Assembly (NCBI GenBank): GCA_944389095.1
Contig: CALXLC010000033.1
Coordinates: 69,646 to 133,645, forward strand
Direction of reading: 5' to 3'
DNA from: an uncultured Alphaproteobacteria bacterium
GTDB lineage: Bacteria; Pseudomonadota; Alphaproteobacteria; RF32; CAG-239
Length of the DNA stretch: 64,000 nucleotides
Part shown: piece by piece, positions 45,962 to 55,563 of the stretch
Layout of the letters: every line of letters begins with the position of its first letter
How positions within the stretch are numbered: the stretch's first letter is position 1
Position numbers and translations under genes: made by a program
Notes under the pieces: generated by a model
Told to the model about the DNA's origin: nothing
Database searches by the model: none
The model's input: the letters and a program-made list of their open reading frames with translations, nothing else

Positions 45962-47296
45962 TCATTGATTTGGGGATTCCAAGTCGGCAGAAAACATTTT
46001 GAACAGACGGTTTTCGTCTGCAGGATTTATTCGGATGCAATAAGAAATCCCGTCTTCTTCATCGCGGCGGGAGATAATTTCGGAGTGTGCATGCAGCCAG
46101 GCTATCAGTCTTCCGTCTGCTGCAGGGACTTTTATTTCTATCAGGCGGCGGGAAGCCGACAGTTTTTTATCCAGCAATTGTAAAAATGCGTCACATCCTT
46201 CTCCGCTTAAGGCCGAAACGGCCGCCGTGTTTTCATTTTGTCGCGTCAGCCAATAATCTTTTTGTTCCGCAGACAACAGGTCCGTTTTGTTTAAGGCCTC
46301 TATATAATCCGGACGATTTTCCACATCGCCCAGACCGAGGCTTTTCAAAACCTTGATGACATCCTGCCTTTGTTCGCGGCTGTCCGGATTGGCAATATCC
46401 CGCACATGGACAATGACATCTGCCGACAAAACTTCTTCCAATGTGGCACGGAAGGCCATAATCAATTCATGCGGCAAATCGGAAATGAAACCGACCGTAT
46501 CCGACAAAATGACTTCCGTTCCCGAAGGAAGACGGATTTTGCGCATGGCCGGATCAAGCGTGGCAAACAACATGTCTTTGGCCAAAACCCCCGCAGCCGA
46601 AAGACGGTTGAACAACGAAGATTTTCCGGCATTGGTATAACCGACCAACGCAATGACCGGATAGGGAACGCGTTTTCTGGCCGAACGCTGAAGTCCGCGG
46701 GTTTGTTTGACTTTTTCAAGCTCTTTTTTGATGCGGACGATTTTATCATCAATAATACGCCGGTCCAACTCAATCTGCGTTTCGCCCGGACCGCCCAAAA
46801 AGCCGGCGCCGCCGCGCTGCCGCTCCAAGTGAGTCCAGCTGCGCACCAAACGGCTGCGCTGGTACGTCAGATGAGCCAGTTCCACCTGCAATTTTCCTTC
46901 TTTGGTCTGGGCCCGTTCTCCGAAAATTTCTAAAATCAGAGCCGTCCGGTCGATTACTTTTATTTTTAGTTTATTTTCCAGATTGCGTTGCTGAATCGGC
47001 GTCAGCGACGTATCCATGATGAGAAGTTCTATCCCTTCTTTGGCAAAAACTTCTGCCAGTCTGGCCAAAGCCCCCTGCCCCAGAAAGGTTCCCGGCTTGA
47101 TATCCCTCAGTTTGATTATTTCCCGGTATGCAACTTCCAAATTTATGGCCAAAGCCAGACCAACGGCTTCATCCAGGCGGGAGACGCCGGACAAAGCCGA
47201 AGGCTGTTTTTGAATCTCCGGGAAAATGACGGCGGTTTTAAGCCTCCGGTCTGCATTAAACTCGATAAAAGCCAATTTATGCTTCGCTATCCTCAA
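45962..47296 (-). CDS. hflX: GTPase HflX
   Basis: [12 protein letters not shown] (G1), DTVGF (G3), NKTD (G4), and an HflX N-terminal domain. Start is uncertain: TTG at 47296 or 47275, and both overlap or abut the hfq end. Confidence 0.9.
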   Translation of the reverse strand: MRIAKHKLAFIEFNADRRLKTAVIFPEIQKQPSALSGVSRLDEAVGLALAINLEVAYREIIKLRDIKPGTFLGQGALARLAEVFAKEGIELLIMDTSLTPIQQRNLENKLKIKVIDRTALILEIFGERAQTKEGKLQVELAHLTYQRSRLVRSWTHLERQRGGAGFLGGPGETQIELDRRIIDDKIVRIKKELEKVKQTRGLQRSARKRVPYPVIALVGYTNAGKSSLFNRLSAAGVLAKDMLFATLDPAMRKIRLPSGTEVILSDTVGFISDLPHELIMAFRATLEEVLSADVIVHVRDIANPDSREQRQDVIKVLKSLGLGDVENRPDYIEALNKTDLLSAEQKDYWLTRQNENTAAVSALSGEGCDAFLQLLDKKLSASRRLIEIKVPAADGRLIAWLHAHSEIISRRDEEDGISYCIRINPADENRLFKMFSADLESPNQ

Positions 47297-47507
47297 TTTC
47301 TAATTCAACCGCTTCTCCCGGCATAATCGTAGAAACGGCATGTTTGTAAATCAGCTGAGTGTGTCCGTCACGGCGCAGCAACAGCGACTGGTCGTCAAAC
47401 CAGGTAATGAGCCCTTGCAGCTTGACACCGTTAACCAAAAAAACCGTAACGGAAATTTTGTTTTGACGAATGTTGTTTAAAAAATCTTCTTGTACGTTTT
47501 TAGTCAT
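47277..47507 (-). CDS. hfq: RNA chaperone Hfq
   Basis: 76 aa. [50 protein letters not shown] is a canonical Sm fold. Confidence 0.96.
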   Translation of the reverse strand: MTKNVQEDFLNNIRQNKISVTVFLVNGVKLQGLITWFDDQSLLLRRDGHTQLIYKHAVSTIMPGEAVELEIEDSEA

Positions 47508-47601
47508 TGTTTAATTCCTTGTTATATTGTTTTTATATAACTATAAATTCCGAAAATAGTAAAGCATTGATTGCGCTAAAAATGTTTTTCGTGCATAAAT
47601 G

Positions 47602-48960
47602 CTACCCGAAAATTCTTTCGGCTTGTTTTATAACACCGGAATCTACATATAATAATATGACATCACCGACACATAATTCTGTCGTATGCTCCGGAAAGAC
47701 GACTTCGTTTTCCCGTTGCAGACCGAAAATGCGGCTTTGTTTGGGCAAACCGAGTTCGCCGATTTTTTTGTCACGGCACAGGCTGTCCTCGGTGATTTTA
47801 ATCTCCCAGATTTCTCCGCTGCCCCGGCTCAGAGAATAGGCCTCCTGCATCTTCGTTTTGCGGATTTCCTTAAGAATTTTGGAAATGGTTACCGAGCTGC
47901 GATCAACCAAAATATTGTCGCCGATGCTGACAATCAAATTGTTGTAAGACGGCGTGTTAACTACCGAAATTGTCGATTGAACGCCGCTTTTTGCAGCCAG
48001 AAGCGATGCCAGCAGATTATCTTTGTCATTTTCGGTTACGGCAATCGAAGCGTCGGCATGCCGGATATCGGCTTCTTCCAAAATGACGTCGCTCATCATC
48101 TCTCCCTGGATTACCACGACATGACTCAAATCGCGCGCCAGACGTTTTGCCTTATCAAAACTTTCTTCCACAATCCGGCAACTGATGATGCTGTCATCAT
48201 GTTCGATTTTGGCGCCGAGATATGCGGCAATGTCATTGCCGCCGAAAATCAGTAGTCTTTCATTAGCCGGTTTTTCTACCCCGAAAGAACGGACGACGTC
48301 ATCGATTTCTTCCATGGGAACCAGAAGATTTACTTCATCTCCTGCTAAAAATTCATCATAACTTTCGGGAATAAAGCAGCGGTTGTCTCTGGATAAGTTC
48401 ACCACTGCGGCCTTTAAGTCGGGCGCTACCCGGCTCAGCTGCATCAACTGGATTTTTATCAACGGGCTTTGCGGCGTCAGACGAAGGGTTACAACCGCCC
48501 ACTTATCGTCCAAAACCGGAAGCACTCCCGCAGTCCCCGGATATTTCAAAATATTCAGAATATTGCCGGCAATTTCCATATCCGGCGAAATAACCTGATC
48601 AATCGGCAGGTGCACATCGCTGTAGAGGGTTTCCCATAACGGATCCAGAAACGCCTCGCTGTCTATCCGGGCAATTTTTCGCGGGACCTGAAACAACGAG
48701 TGCGCTATTTGGCAAATAGCCATGTTGACTTCATCAACATCGGTTACGGCCAGCAACAAATCAGCCTCGTCGGCGCCGGCTTTTTCCAAAACATCGGGAT
48801 GCGACGGTTCGCCGGCAACCGGCAGAACGTCATATTCCTGAGAGACTTCGTCAAGATCACGCTGATTGCTGTCGATGACGACAATGTCGTTGTTGCCTTT
48901 GACCAAGTATCCGACAATGCTGCGTCCGACGCTCCCTGCGCTGCAGACGATGATTTTCAT
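47602..48960 (-). CDS. trkA: Trk system potassium uptake protein TrkA
   Basis: 452 aa. Two RCK/NAD-binding halves (MKIIVCSAGSVGRSI..., LIFGGNDIAAYLG...). Confidence 0.9.
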   Translation of the reverse strand: MKIIVCSAGSVGRSIVGYLVKGNNDIVVIDSNQRDLDEVSQEYDVLPVAGEPSHPDVLEKAGADEADLLLAVTDVDEVNMAICQIAHSLFQVPRKIARIDSEAFLDPLWETLYSDVHLPIDQVISPDMEIAGNILNILKYPGTAGVLPVLDDKWAVVTLRLTPQSPLIKIQLMQLSRVAPDLKAAVVNLSRDNRCFIPESYDEFLAGDEVNLLVPMEEIDDVVRSFGVEKPANERLLIFGGNDIAAYLGAKIEHDDSIISCRIVEESFDKAKRLARDLSHVVVIQGEMMSDVILEEADIRHADASIAVTENDKDNLLASLLAAKSGVQSTISVVNTPSYNNLIVSIGDNILVDRSSVTISKILKEIRKTKMQEAYSLSRGSGEIWEIKITEDSLCRDKKIGELGLPKQSRIFGLQRENEVVFPEHTTELCVGDVILLYVDSGVIKQAERIFG

Positions 48961-48963
48961 TTT

Positions 48964-49935
48964 TTATTCCTCTTGTTCGGCACAACCGTCAAAATAACGG
49001 TTAATTTCAGCCACGGCATCCGAAAAATTGTCAAGACGCACATAATTTTCCCTGAATTTGCGGGCATCACGAAGATTTTTGCAATACCAGCAGACATATT
49101 TGCGCGACAATCCCAATGCTATCTTTTCGCCATAATATTCTATCAATCCTTTAATATGTGTTAACAAAGCGTCTTTAACAAGAGGAAGCGGTATCGGACG
49201 CGGTTTTTCACCAAACTCAAGATAACGATGGGTTTGCCCGATTATCCACGGATTACCGAGGGCGGCTCGTCCGATCATAACGCCGTCAACACCGGTGTAT
49301 TCAATCATTTCGGCGGCTTTTTGCGGTGATGTTACATCGCCGTTACCGATAACGGGAACCGAAACGGCCGCTTTTACGGCGGCAATACAATCCCAGTCGG
49401 CCTTTCCTGAATATAAATCGGAACGCGTCCGCCCGTGAATCGTCAGGTACGACGCTCCGCAATCTTCACACATTTTTGCAAATTCAACGGCGTTGACGGA
49501 ATTATGATCCCAGCCTTTGCGAAACTTGACACTAACCTTCAGGCTGGTGGCGGCAACAACCGTTTTGATGATTTTTGCCGCCAGGGGCATATCTTTCATC
49601 AAATACGAACCAGATTTGTTGGAAACGATTTTTTTTACGGGGCAGCCCATATTTATGTCAACGGAACGGGCACCGAGCTCCTCTACCAGCCGGGCAGCAT
49701 CAGCAAACAGAGCCGAATCACTGCCAACCAGCTGAACCGTTACCGGATAGGGTTCGTTCCGCACATCGGCAATGCGGTATGACTTGGGATTTTTTCGGGA
49801 CAAGGCATTAATCGCCACCATCTCAGATATCAGGTTGCCCTCGCCGCAAGACGCTGTCAGACGCCGCAGGGGCATGTCCGTTATTCCGGCCATCGGCGCC
49901 AAGAAGACCCGGCTTTTGAAATCCAATATTGCCAT
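48964..49935 (-). CDS. dusB: tRNA-dihydrouridine synthase B
   Basis: 323 aa. LAPMAGITD, DINMGCPVKK and TIHGRTR motifs. Confidence 0.92.
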   Translation of the reverse strand: MAILDFKSRVFLAPMAGITDMPLRRLTASCGEGNLISEMVAINALSRKNPKSYRIADVRNEPYPVTVQLVGSDSALFADAARLVEELGARSVDINMGCPVKKIVSNKSGSYLMKDMPLAAKIIKTVVAATSLKVSVKFRKGWDHNSVNAVEFAKMCEDCGASYLTIHGRTRSDLYSGKADWDCIAAVKAAVSVPVIGNGDVTSPQKAAEMIEYTGVDGVMIGRAALGNPWIIGQTHRYLEFGEKPRPIPLPLVKDALLTHIKGLIEYYGEKIALGLSRKYVCWYCKNLRDARKFRENYVRLDNFSDAVAEINRYFDGCAEQEE

Positions 49936-50277
49936 TTATACCTTAAAATCAAATTCGCGGTTATATTCAAACATAAAGTCAATCAAAACCGTCGGCTCGC
50001 GATTGACCTGACTGGCCTCAAGATAGCTTCCGGCGGCATAGCCGGCATCATATCCCTGCGGTGAAACTGACGAATTCAACTGATAAGACAAACCGGAAGA
50101 CAATAAATTATAAGCGTAATTCTGTACCGAATACGGATTGTAACGTCCGGCTTCGGCTGCTGCAGATTCCGGTTCAAGTCCGGCGGTTGCGCCGCCTTTT
50201 TGTTTCAGGCGCTCCACCGAAGCGGAAATCTGCCGCTCCAACCCGGAAAGATAATCATCCAAACGCAGTTGATTCAT
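49936..50277 (-). CDS. hypothetical Tyr/Ser/Gly-rich protein (113 aa)
   Basis: ORF wedged exactly between the giant gene (12-nt gap) and dusB (no gap). No recognisable motif. Confidence 0.5.
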   Translation of the reverse strand: MNQLRLDDYLSGLERQISASVERLKQKGGATAGLEPESAAAEAGRYNPYSVQNYAYNLLSSGLSYQLNSSVSPQGYDAGYAAGSYLEASQVNREPTVLIDFMFEYNREFDFKV

Positions 50278-50289
50278 GCCCTGCCCTTA

Positions 50290-53200
50290 TTAATTTATCT
50301 TATCCAGCGTCTTTGCCAGAATATAATAAAGTTTACCGATATCGGCACCGGAAATGACCGACAACAGCACTCCGGAATGCTCATGTTCTTTGGCTCGGGA
50401 AACCAGCACTTCAAATTCGGACAGATAGGTTCCGACCAGAGCCCTGAATTCGCCGCTTTTTTCATATTCTTTACGAATTGAAGCAATTTGCTGCTTGGTC
50501 ATGTTCTTAGCCAGATATCTTGTGAATACGCCGGTATCGCCGTTGTAAAATTTCTTCCAGAGATCATCTTCGTCTTTGGGATTGAAAACACGGTTAATAT
50601 CAACCGAAAGCGCTTCCAGCTTTTCGATAATTCCGGACGCATACTGCAGGAAACCGTCAATTTTGATATCGGAATATCCCTTGGTCAAATCCTTGAGCGT
50701 GGCATCGGCCTTCTTGGTATTATCCGTCAACAGCTTAATTTGCGTATCAATCACATCGTTGAAATGCAGAGTCTGTTTGACGATATTATCGCCTTTTTCG
50801 CTGAATTCGCGCCCGGTCTCGACCAGATTGTTCATTGCCGTATGGACTTTGCTGACCGTGTCTTCGGTTGCGGCAACCAAAACATTGGACTGTTTGATAA
50901 AGACCTCACCCGAAGAGCGGATTTCGTTTGAGATGCGTTCGGCATTGGCGGAAATCTCGCTGATTGTCGCCCGGAGCTTGTCGCCCGAATTTTCGAAATG
51001 AGCCGCGCTGAGTTTGGTGGCCTCTTCCAGCTGAAGGCTGAGGTTTTTGAGGTTTTCACCCAACCCTTTCACTTTATCATATGCAATGTTGGCCCGGTTG
51101 GACAAGACGTTGGAGGTCTCGTTGAGCACGGTATTGAAACAATCAACCAGTTTTTTGGTATCTTCCGAAATTTTGACCATTTTATCGCTTTGTTCGGTAA
51201 TCAGATTGTTAATTTCAATCACACCGCTGCTTGTTTCTGCCGTAACGGTATTAAACCCGGCAATGTACTTTTCATAATCTTTGAAGACGCCGCCGATGTT
51301 TTCAACCGAGTGATGAATGGTGGCATCCAAATCTTCGCCGCACTGGCTGAGCGTCATATTGACCTGTTCAATGTTTTTAATCGATGCTTTGGAACTCTTG
51401 GCGATATCCTCCCCGGCCTTTATCAAACGGTCGCCGAGAACATCGAATTCATAAGCTATTTTGGTAGACGTGTCAAAAACCATATCCGTATTGTTTTTGA
51501 AGGTGTCGTTAATTTCCTTCATTTTCTGAGCAACCTCAGTAGTGGTGTCGGTCAGATATTTATACTGTTGTGCCATTGAGGCTTCGCCCAGGCGCGTCTG
51601 AGTGGCCAGCGTATTGATAACTTCGGTCAGGCTCTCCTGTTGTTGCGCAAAAATCTGCTTGATATCCGAAGCCTGCATTTTTGCTTTTGTCAGGGCAACA
51701 TCCATTGCTTTAGCCTGCTCATCCATCAGCTTGACAGCGCCGGAAGTTTCAGATGCAATCTGGTTCCGGGCGGTTTGCAGCTCTTTGCAGCCGGATGTGA
51801 TGGTTTTGACGGAGTTTCCGGTTTCTGACACGATGTTTTTAACCGTTGTGTCAAACAAATTGACTTTATTTTGAATTTGTTCGGCCATGCTCTCGAAATT
51901 ACCGCCGATGACATTGACAAACTTGGCAATGTTGTCATTTTTGGCGCTAATTAAATCCTCCACCTCGCTAAGCCGTGCAATTGAACGACTGCTGTTGGCG
52001 GCAACGGCTTCGGCATGCTTGTTGGTATCCTCCTCCAGCAAGACAATCCGAGAGAAGACCTTGTCGGCGCTCTGTTCCAGAGTAGCTATGTTCTTTTTGA
52101 GAGAGGCGTTCATATTGGAGGTGTTTTCGTTCAGTTTGTCGCTCATGGCGATAAATTCGTTCTCCTGCTGGCGGAACAAGACATTCAACGCCGCAACCTT
52201 ATCCTCCAGCGTCTGCGAAACCTCGGCCACATAATCCGCGGCGCTGCGGGAAACATCATTCAGCACCTGATTCTGCGTTTCAAAAGAAGCAACGGCTTTT
52301 TGCATATTTTCCATGGACTCTTTGGTCGATTTTTCTACGGCCGTATTCTGTCGGCTCAAAATTTCATCTATGACGGCAGAGCGCTCGGAAACTGTCTGGG
52401 ACAGGGCATCAATATTCCTGGTGTGCTCCTGCAAAATGCTTTGCAACTGCGTTACCTTGGCCAGAGTCCGGTTGGTGCTGGTGTCAAAATTATCCGACTG
52501 AGCCGCCAGGTTATCATTTATTGCCCGGCTCTTGCCGATGACATCTTCGCAAGAATCCAGCATAACGGATATCTGGTTTTTGAGTTTATCGACGGCCAAA
52601 GAGGCATTGCTTTCAAGACTGGCCGATGCTTTGGACAGCTCCTCTATCTGGAGTTTTAATTCTGCTTTGATTTCTTCGACACGATTGGCCGACAGGGTAA
52701 TATTACGCTGCTGCTGTGCCAGAGATGCTTCGCTGACCTGACTCTGCGCCACAACAATGGATGTGGCCTCGTTCAGAGCTTGTGTATGCCGCGTCATATT
52801 GTCGGCAGTCTGGTTCAGCATCTCTACAGAAGTTTTGGCCTGTTTTTGCAATTCTTCCGCACTGTCTTCACACTGACGGCTCAAGTTTTCCATTCTGTCG
52901 CTGATATCGTCAATTGCGCCGTTTAATTCACTGTGGCGAACCACAAGATTATCGGCAACCGCAGAAGATTTTTCAAAAATGACGGCTGCTTTTTCTTCCA
53001 ACCGGGCAGTGTTTTCTTCCAAATTCCGCAAATAGCTGTTAAGGCTGCCGCCTGCCGCCGCTGACTTTTCTTCCAAGGCATTGACGCTGACGGTTATGCC
53101 GTCGCTGACCTTTTGCATGGACGCGGCAATATTGTCGGAAACATTGGACAGCTCGTCAACCTGAATGGCAATGCTTTCCTGAAGATTGCTGCTGCGAACC

Positions 53201-54477
53201 ATAATTTTATCAATTTCCTGAGCCAGGTTTTCACCGTGACGGCTGAATTTCTGATTGACGGTTTCCGACTGCTCGTCGAGTGCTTTAACCAGAGAAAGCA
53301 GTTCGTGGCCGTGGCGGGCCATGGCATCGTCGACTTTTTTAACCTGCTGAGAAACGGCGGCGTCAATTCCGGATAAGCCTTTAGCTATATCCGCATTAAT
53401 TTTGCCGCAATTTTCCATGGCGTGACGAGTCAGTTCATCAATTTTTCCTTTTAAATCGCTGCCGCTGTCTTTCAAAACATTGCGTATTTCGGACGTTTGA
53501 CGTTCAAAAGCCGCATTAATGGCCGTAAATTCGTTACTGATTTCTTTTCTGACTGAAGAGCAGGAATCGACGGCATTTTTTGATATTTCCTGTAAAGCCG
53601 CCGTTTGCTGCCCGAGTGTTTCGGACAAACTGTTCAAATTGGCGGAAGCTTCCTGATTAAAGCGGGTCAGCAGCTCATTTGCCCGCAGGATATTGTGGTT
53701 GCTGCCGTCGGAAATATCCTTTAAAATTTCGGCGGAAGATTTGATTTCCTTAATCCGGGGAAGAAGCTTTTCAAACAATTCATTGAGATTGTTTTCAATA
53801 TCATTGGCACCGTCAATGAAGGAGCGGTTGTAACCGGCAATGGTCTGCGCCGAATTTTCGGCCTTGGAAGAAATGGTTTCAAAATTTTTAACTAAAAATT
53901 TAACTCCTTCGCTTAACTCTACGATTGTTTTGGAGGAATATGTATCCAACGTGGCTATTAACTTGGAAAATTCATTGATATTGTTTCCTATTTCATCTTT
54001 AATCTTGGCGGTTTCCTGCGTTGCAAGCTTGGTAACCTGCTGCAGTTCGACAACTTGCGAACGAATGGCATCGGCCATGGCTTTGGCGGTTTGGGGAGCG
54101 CCGTCCTCAGGGTAAACCAACTGATTCATGTATGCCCGCAGGAATTTAGCCTCCTGCTTAAAGGAGGTTCCCCGGTCAATGTAAGCCATTACGACCCAGA
54201 TGATGGCCAACGGCAACGTAATTCCAGCCAAAAAGCCGCCGAACTCGTCCGGCATCATTAAAAACAGGTTTGACCATCCGAAAAACTGGGTAATATAAAT
54301 CAAAACAATGGCAAACCAAACCGCGCTGACCCCAATCATCAAACGATGCAGATTGTTGGTCAGCCATGATTGTCCCACATCCATTTCACTGTAGGACGGC
54401 ACGTTGTTTTCGTTCATAAATTGCGGAAGGCTGCTGCTTTTAGATGCAATATTCGTATCATTTGCCGGTAAAGACAT
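50290..54477 (-). CDS. giant membrane-anchored coiled-coil / helical-repeat protein (1,395 aa)
   Basis: A single uninterrupted ORF with two N-terminal TM helices. More than 1,100 aa are Pro-poor and E/K/Q/N/S/A/L-rich, and the C-terminal domain is distinct. Confidence 0.8.
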   Translation of the reverse strand: MSLPANDTNIASKSSSLPQFMNENNVPSYSEMDVGQSWLTNNLHRLMIGVSAVWFAIVLIYITQFFGWSNLFLMMPDEFGGFLAGITLPLAIIWVVMAYIDRGTSFKQEAKFLRAYMNQLVYPEDGAPQTAKAMADAIRSQVVELQQVTKLATQETAKIKDEIGNNINEFSKLIATLDTYSSKTIVELSEGVKFLVKNFETISSKAENSAQTIAGYNRSFIDGANDIENNLNELFEKLLPRIKEIKSSAEILKDISDGSNHNILRANELLTRFNQEASANLNSLSETLGQQTAALQEISKNAVDSCSSVRKEISNEFTAINAAFERQTSEIRNVLKDSGSDLKGKIDELTRHAMENCGKINADIAKGLSGIDAAVSQQVKKVDDAMARHGHELLSLVKALDEQSETVNQKFSRHGENLAQEIDKIMVRSSNLQESIAIQVDELSNVSDNIAASMQKVSDGITVSVNALEEKSAAAGGSLNSYLRNLEENTARLEEKAAVIFEKSSAVADNLVVRHSELNGAIDDISDRMENLSRQCEDSAEELQKQAKTSVEMLNQTADNMTRHTQALNEATSIVVAQSQVSEASLAQQQRNITLSANRVEEIKAELKLQIEELSKASASLESNASLAVDKLKNQISVMLDSCEDVIGKSRAINDNLAAQSDNFDTSTNRTLAKVTQLQSILQEHTRNIDALSQTVSERSAVIDEILSRQNTAVEKSTKESMENMQKAVASFETQNQVLNDVSRSAADYVAEVSQTLEDKVAALNVLFRQQENEFIAMSDKLNENTSNMNASLKKNIATLEQSADKVFSRIVLLEEDTNKHAEAVAANSSRSIARLSEVEDLISAKNDNIAKFVNVIGGNFESMAEQIQNKVNLFDTTVKNIVSETGNSVKTITSGCKELQTARNQIASETSGAVKLMDEQAKAMDVALTKAKMQASDIKQIFAQQQESLTEVINTLATQTRLGEASMAQQYKYLTDTTTEVAQKMKEINDTFKNNTDMVFDTSTKIAYEFDVLGDRLIKAGEDIAKSSKASIKNIEQVNMTLSQCGEDLDATIHHSVENIGGVFKDYEKYIAGFNTVTAETSSGVIEINNLITEQSDKMVKISEDTKKLVDCFNTVLNETSNVLSNRANIAYDKVKGLGENLKNLSLQLEEATKLSAAHFENSGDKLRATISEISANAERISNEIRSSGEVFIKQSNVLVAATEDTVSKVHTAMNNLVETGREFSEKGDNIVKQTLHFNDVIDTQIKLLTDNTKKADATLKDLTKGYSDIKIDGFLQYASGIIEKLEALSVDINRVFNPKDEDDLWKKFYNGDTGVFTRYLAKNMTKQQIASIRKEYEKSGEFRALVGTYLSEFEVLVSRAKEHEHSGVLLSVISGADIGKLYYILAKTLDKIN

Positions 54478-54607
54478 ATAATATTCCCCTGAATTTTTCC
54501 CTTTTATGTCTGCTTCCCCTCACAGACAGGAGCCAGTCTAATCCAAAAAATTTAAGTTTTAAATTGATAAAATCGTCAAACTCTACTTATCCACAGAAGA
54601 AACCTGA

Positions 54608-55378
54608 TCAATCAACAATTTCTCTGCTGTAAGCCGTTCCCGCAAAAAACGGGACAAAACCGCATTGCCGGCACCAGCCCTCAAGAGATACTCTTTCCGG
54701 AAGCTGCAAAAACAGTTCTTTGCCTCCCAGTTTATGCCATATGTCGATACAGCATTTCAGGGCCATTTTTGCCATACTGCGGCCGCGATATTCGGCCAAC
54801 GTGCCGAGATTGTAAATGCCGCCGCAATTTTCACAGTATCCCAATGTGGCGACGGCCGCCGGCTGCCCGCCGCTGAAGATTATAAAATTATAATAATTCG
54901 GATATCCGAAAGACTGTCTTAAGGCGTCCGGGTACGTGCTTTCCCTGGATTTCAAAACGGTCGGCGCCCTTTTATCGCTGCGGGTGGCTTTGTTCAACCG
55001 GATAAAGAGTTCCATCTGTTCCGCATTTGAAACTAAAACGGCTTCTTCTGCCTGAGGCAGCTGCAATTTATTTTCATATTTAAACCAGGTTTCTTTAAAA
55101 TCTTTCCGATACTGCGCAGTAATCAATTCAGGGATTGGCTCGTCTTCGGCAAAATAAAAACATGATTTCCGCCCAAGACGATGAAACAAAGTTTCCGCTT
55201 TCCGGATTGCGGCATCGGCATCCGTTTCCTCGCTTTCGCGCAGGCGGGCATAATTCCAACGCGGCGTTTCCAATATGCGGCTGTTAAACAATATAAAACC
55301 CGGCAAAGTCATTTTCCCGGAAAAAAACATCCCGTTTTGGATTTTATATTGTTTTTCTATAAACTCCGCGGGAGTCAT
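54608..55378 (-). CDS. GNAT-family acetyltransferase (two-lobed, 256 aa)
   Basis: C-terminal GNAT core (AAVATLGYCENCGGIYNLGTLAEYRGRSMAKMAL). Overlaps the upstream small ORF by 4 nt. Confidence 0.65.
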   Translation of the reverse strand: MTPAEFIEKQYKIQNGMFFSGKMTLPGFILFNSRILETPRWNYARLRESEETDADAAIRKAETLFHRLGRKSCFYFAEDEPIPELITAQYRKDFKETWFKYENKLQLPQAEEAVLVSNAEQMELFIRLNKATRSDKRAPTVLKSRESTYPDALRQSFGYPNYYNFIIFSGGQPAAVATLGYCENCGGIYNLGTLAEYRGRSMAKMALKCCIDIWHKLGGKELFLQLPERVSLEGWCRQCGFVPFFAGTAYSREIVD

Positions 55379-55557
55379 GCCTCTTCTTCCATTTTCTTCA
55401 ACACATAGCGAAGTTTGCTGAGTGCCTGAAGTTTCATCTGCTCCTGACTAAGGGACGCCGGCACGACGACGCTGGCTTCAATTTTGGTTTCGGGCTCAAT
55501 AGCCGTTACTTTGACATAAGCTCCGTTGCGGACATATTCAAATAAAATCTCCGCCAT
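55375..55557 (-). CDS. conserved-looking small protein (60 aa)
   Basis: MAEILFEYVRNGAYVKVTAIEPETKIEASVVVP... sits 6 nt after the parC stop and is translationally coupled to the GNAT gene. Confidence 0.5.
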   Translation of the reverse strand: MAEILFEYVRNGAYVKVTAIEPETKIEASVVVPASLSQEQMKLQALSKLRYVLKKMEEEA

Positions 55558-55563
55558 TTTGCC

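Noticed and set aside
47275-47296. Apparent 20-nt overlap of hflX with hfq as a possible frameshift or fusion
   Set aside because: The overlap comes from the track choosing an upstream TTG. A second TTG at 47275 gives a start 1 nt downstream of the hfq stop codon. Both proteins are full length, so there is no need to invoke recoding.
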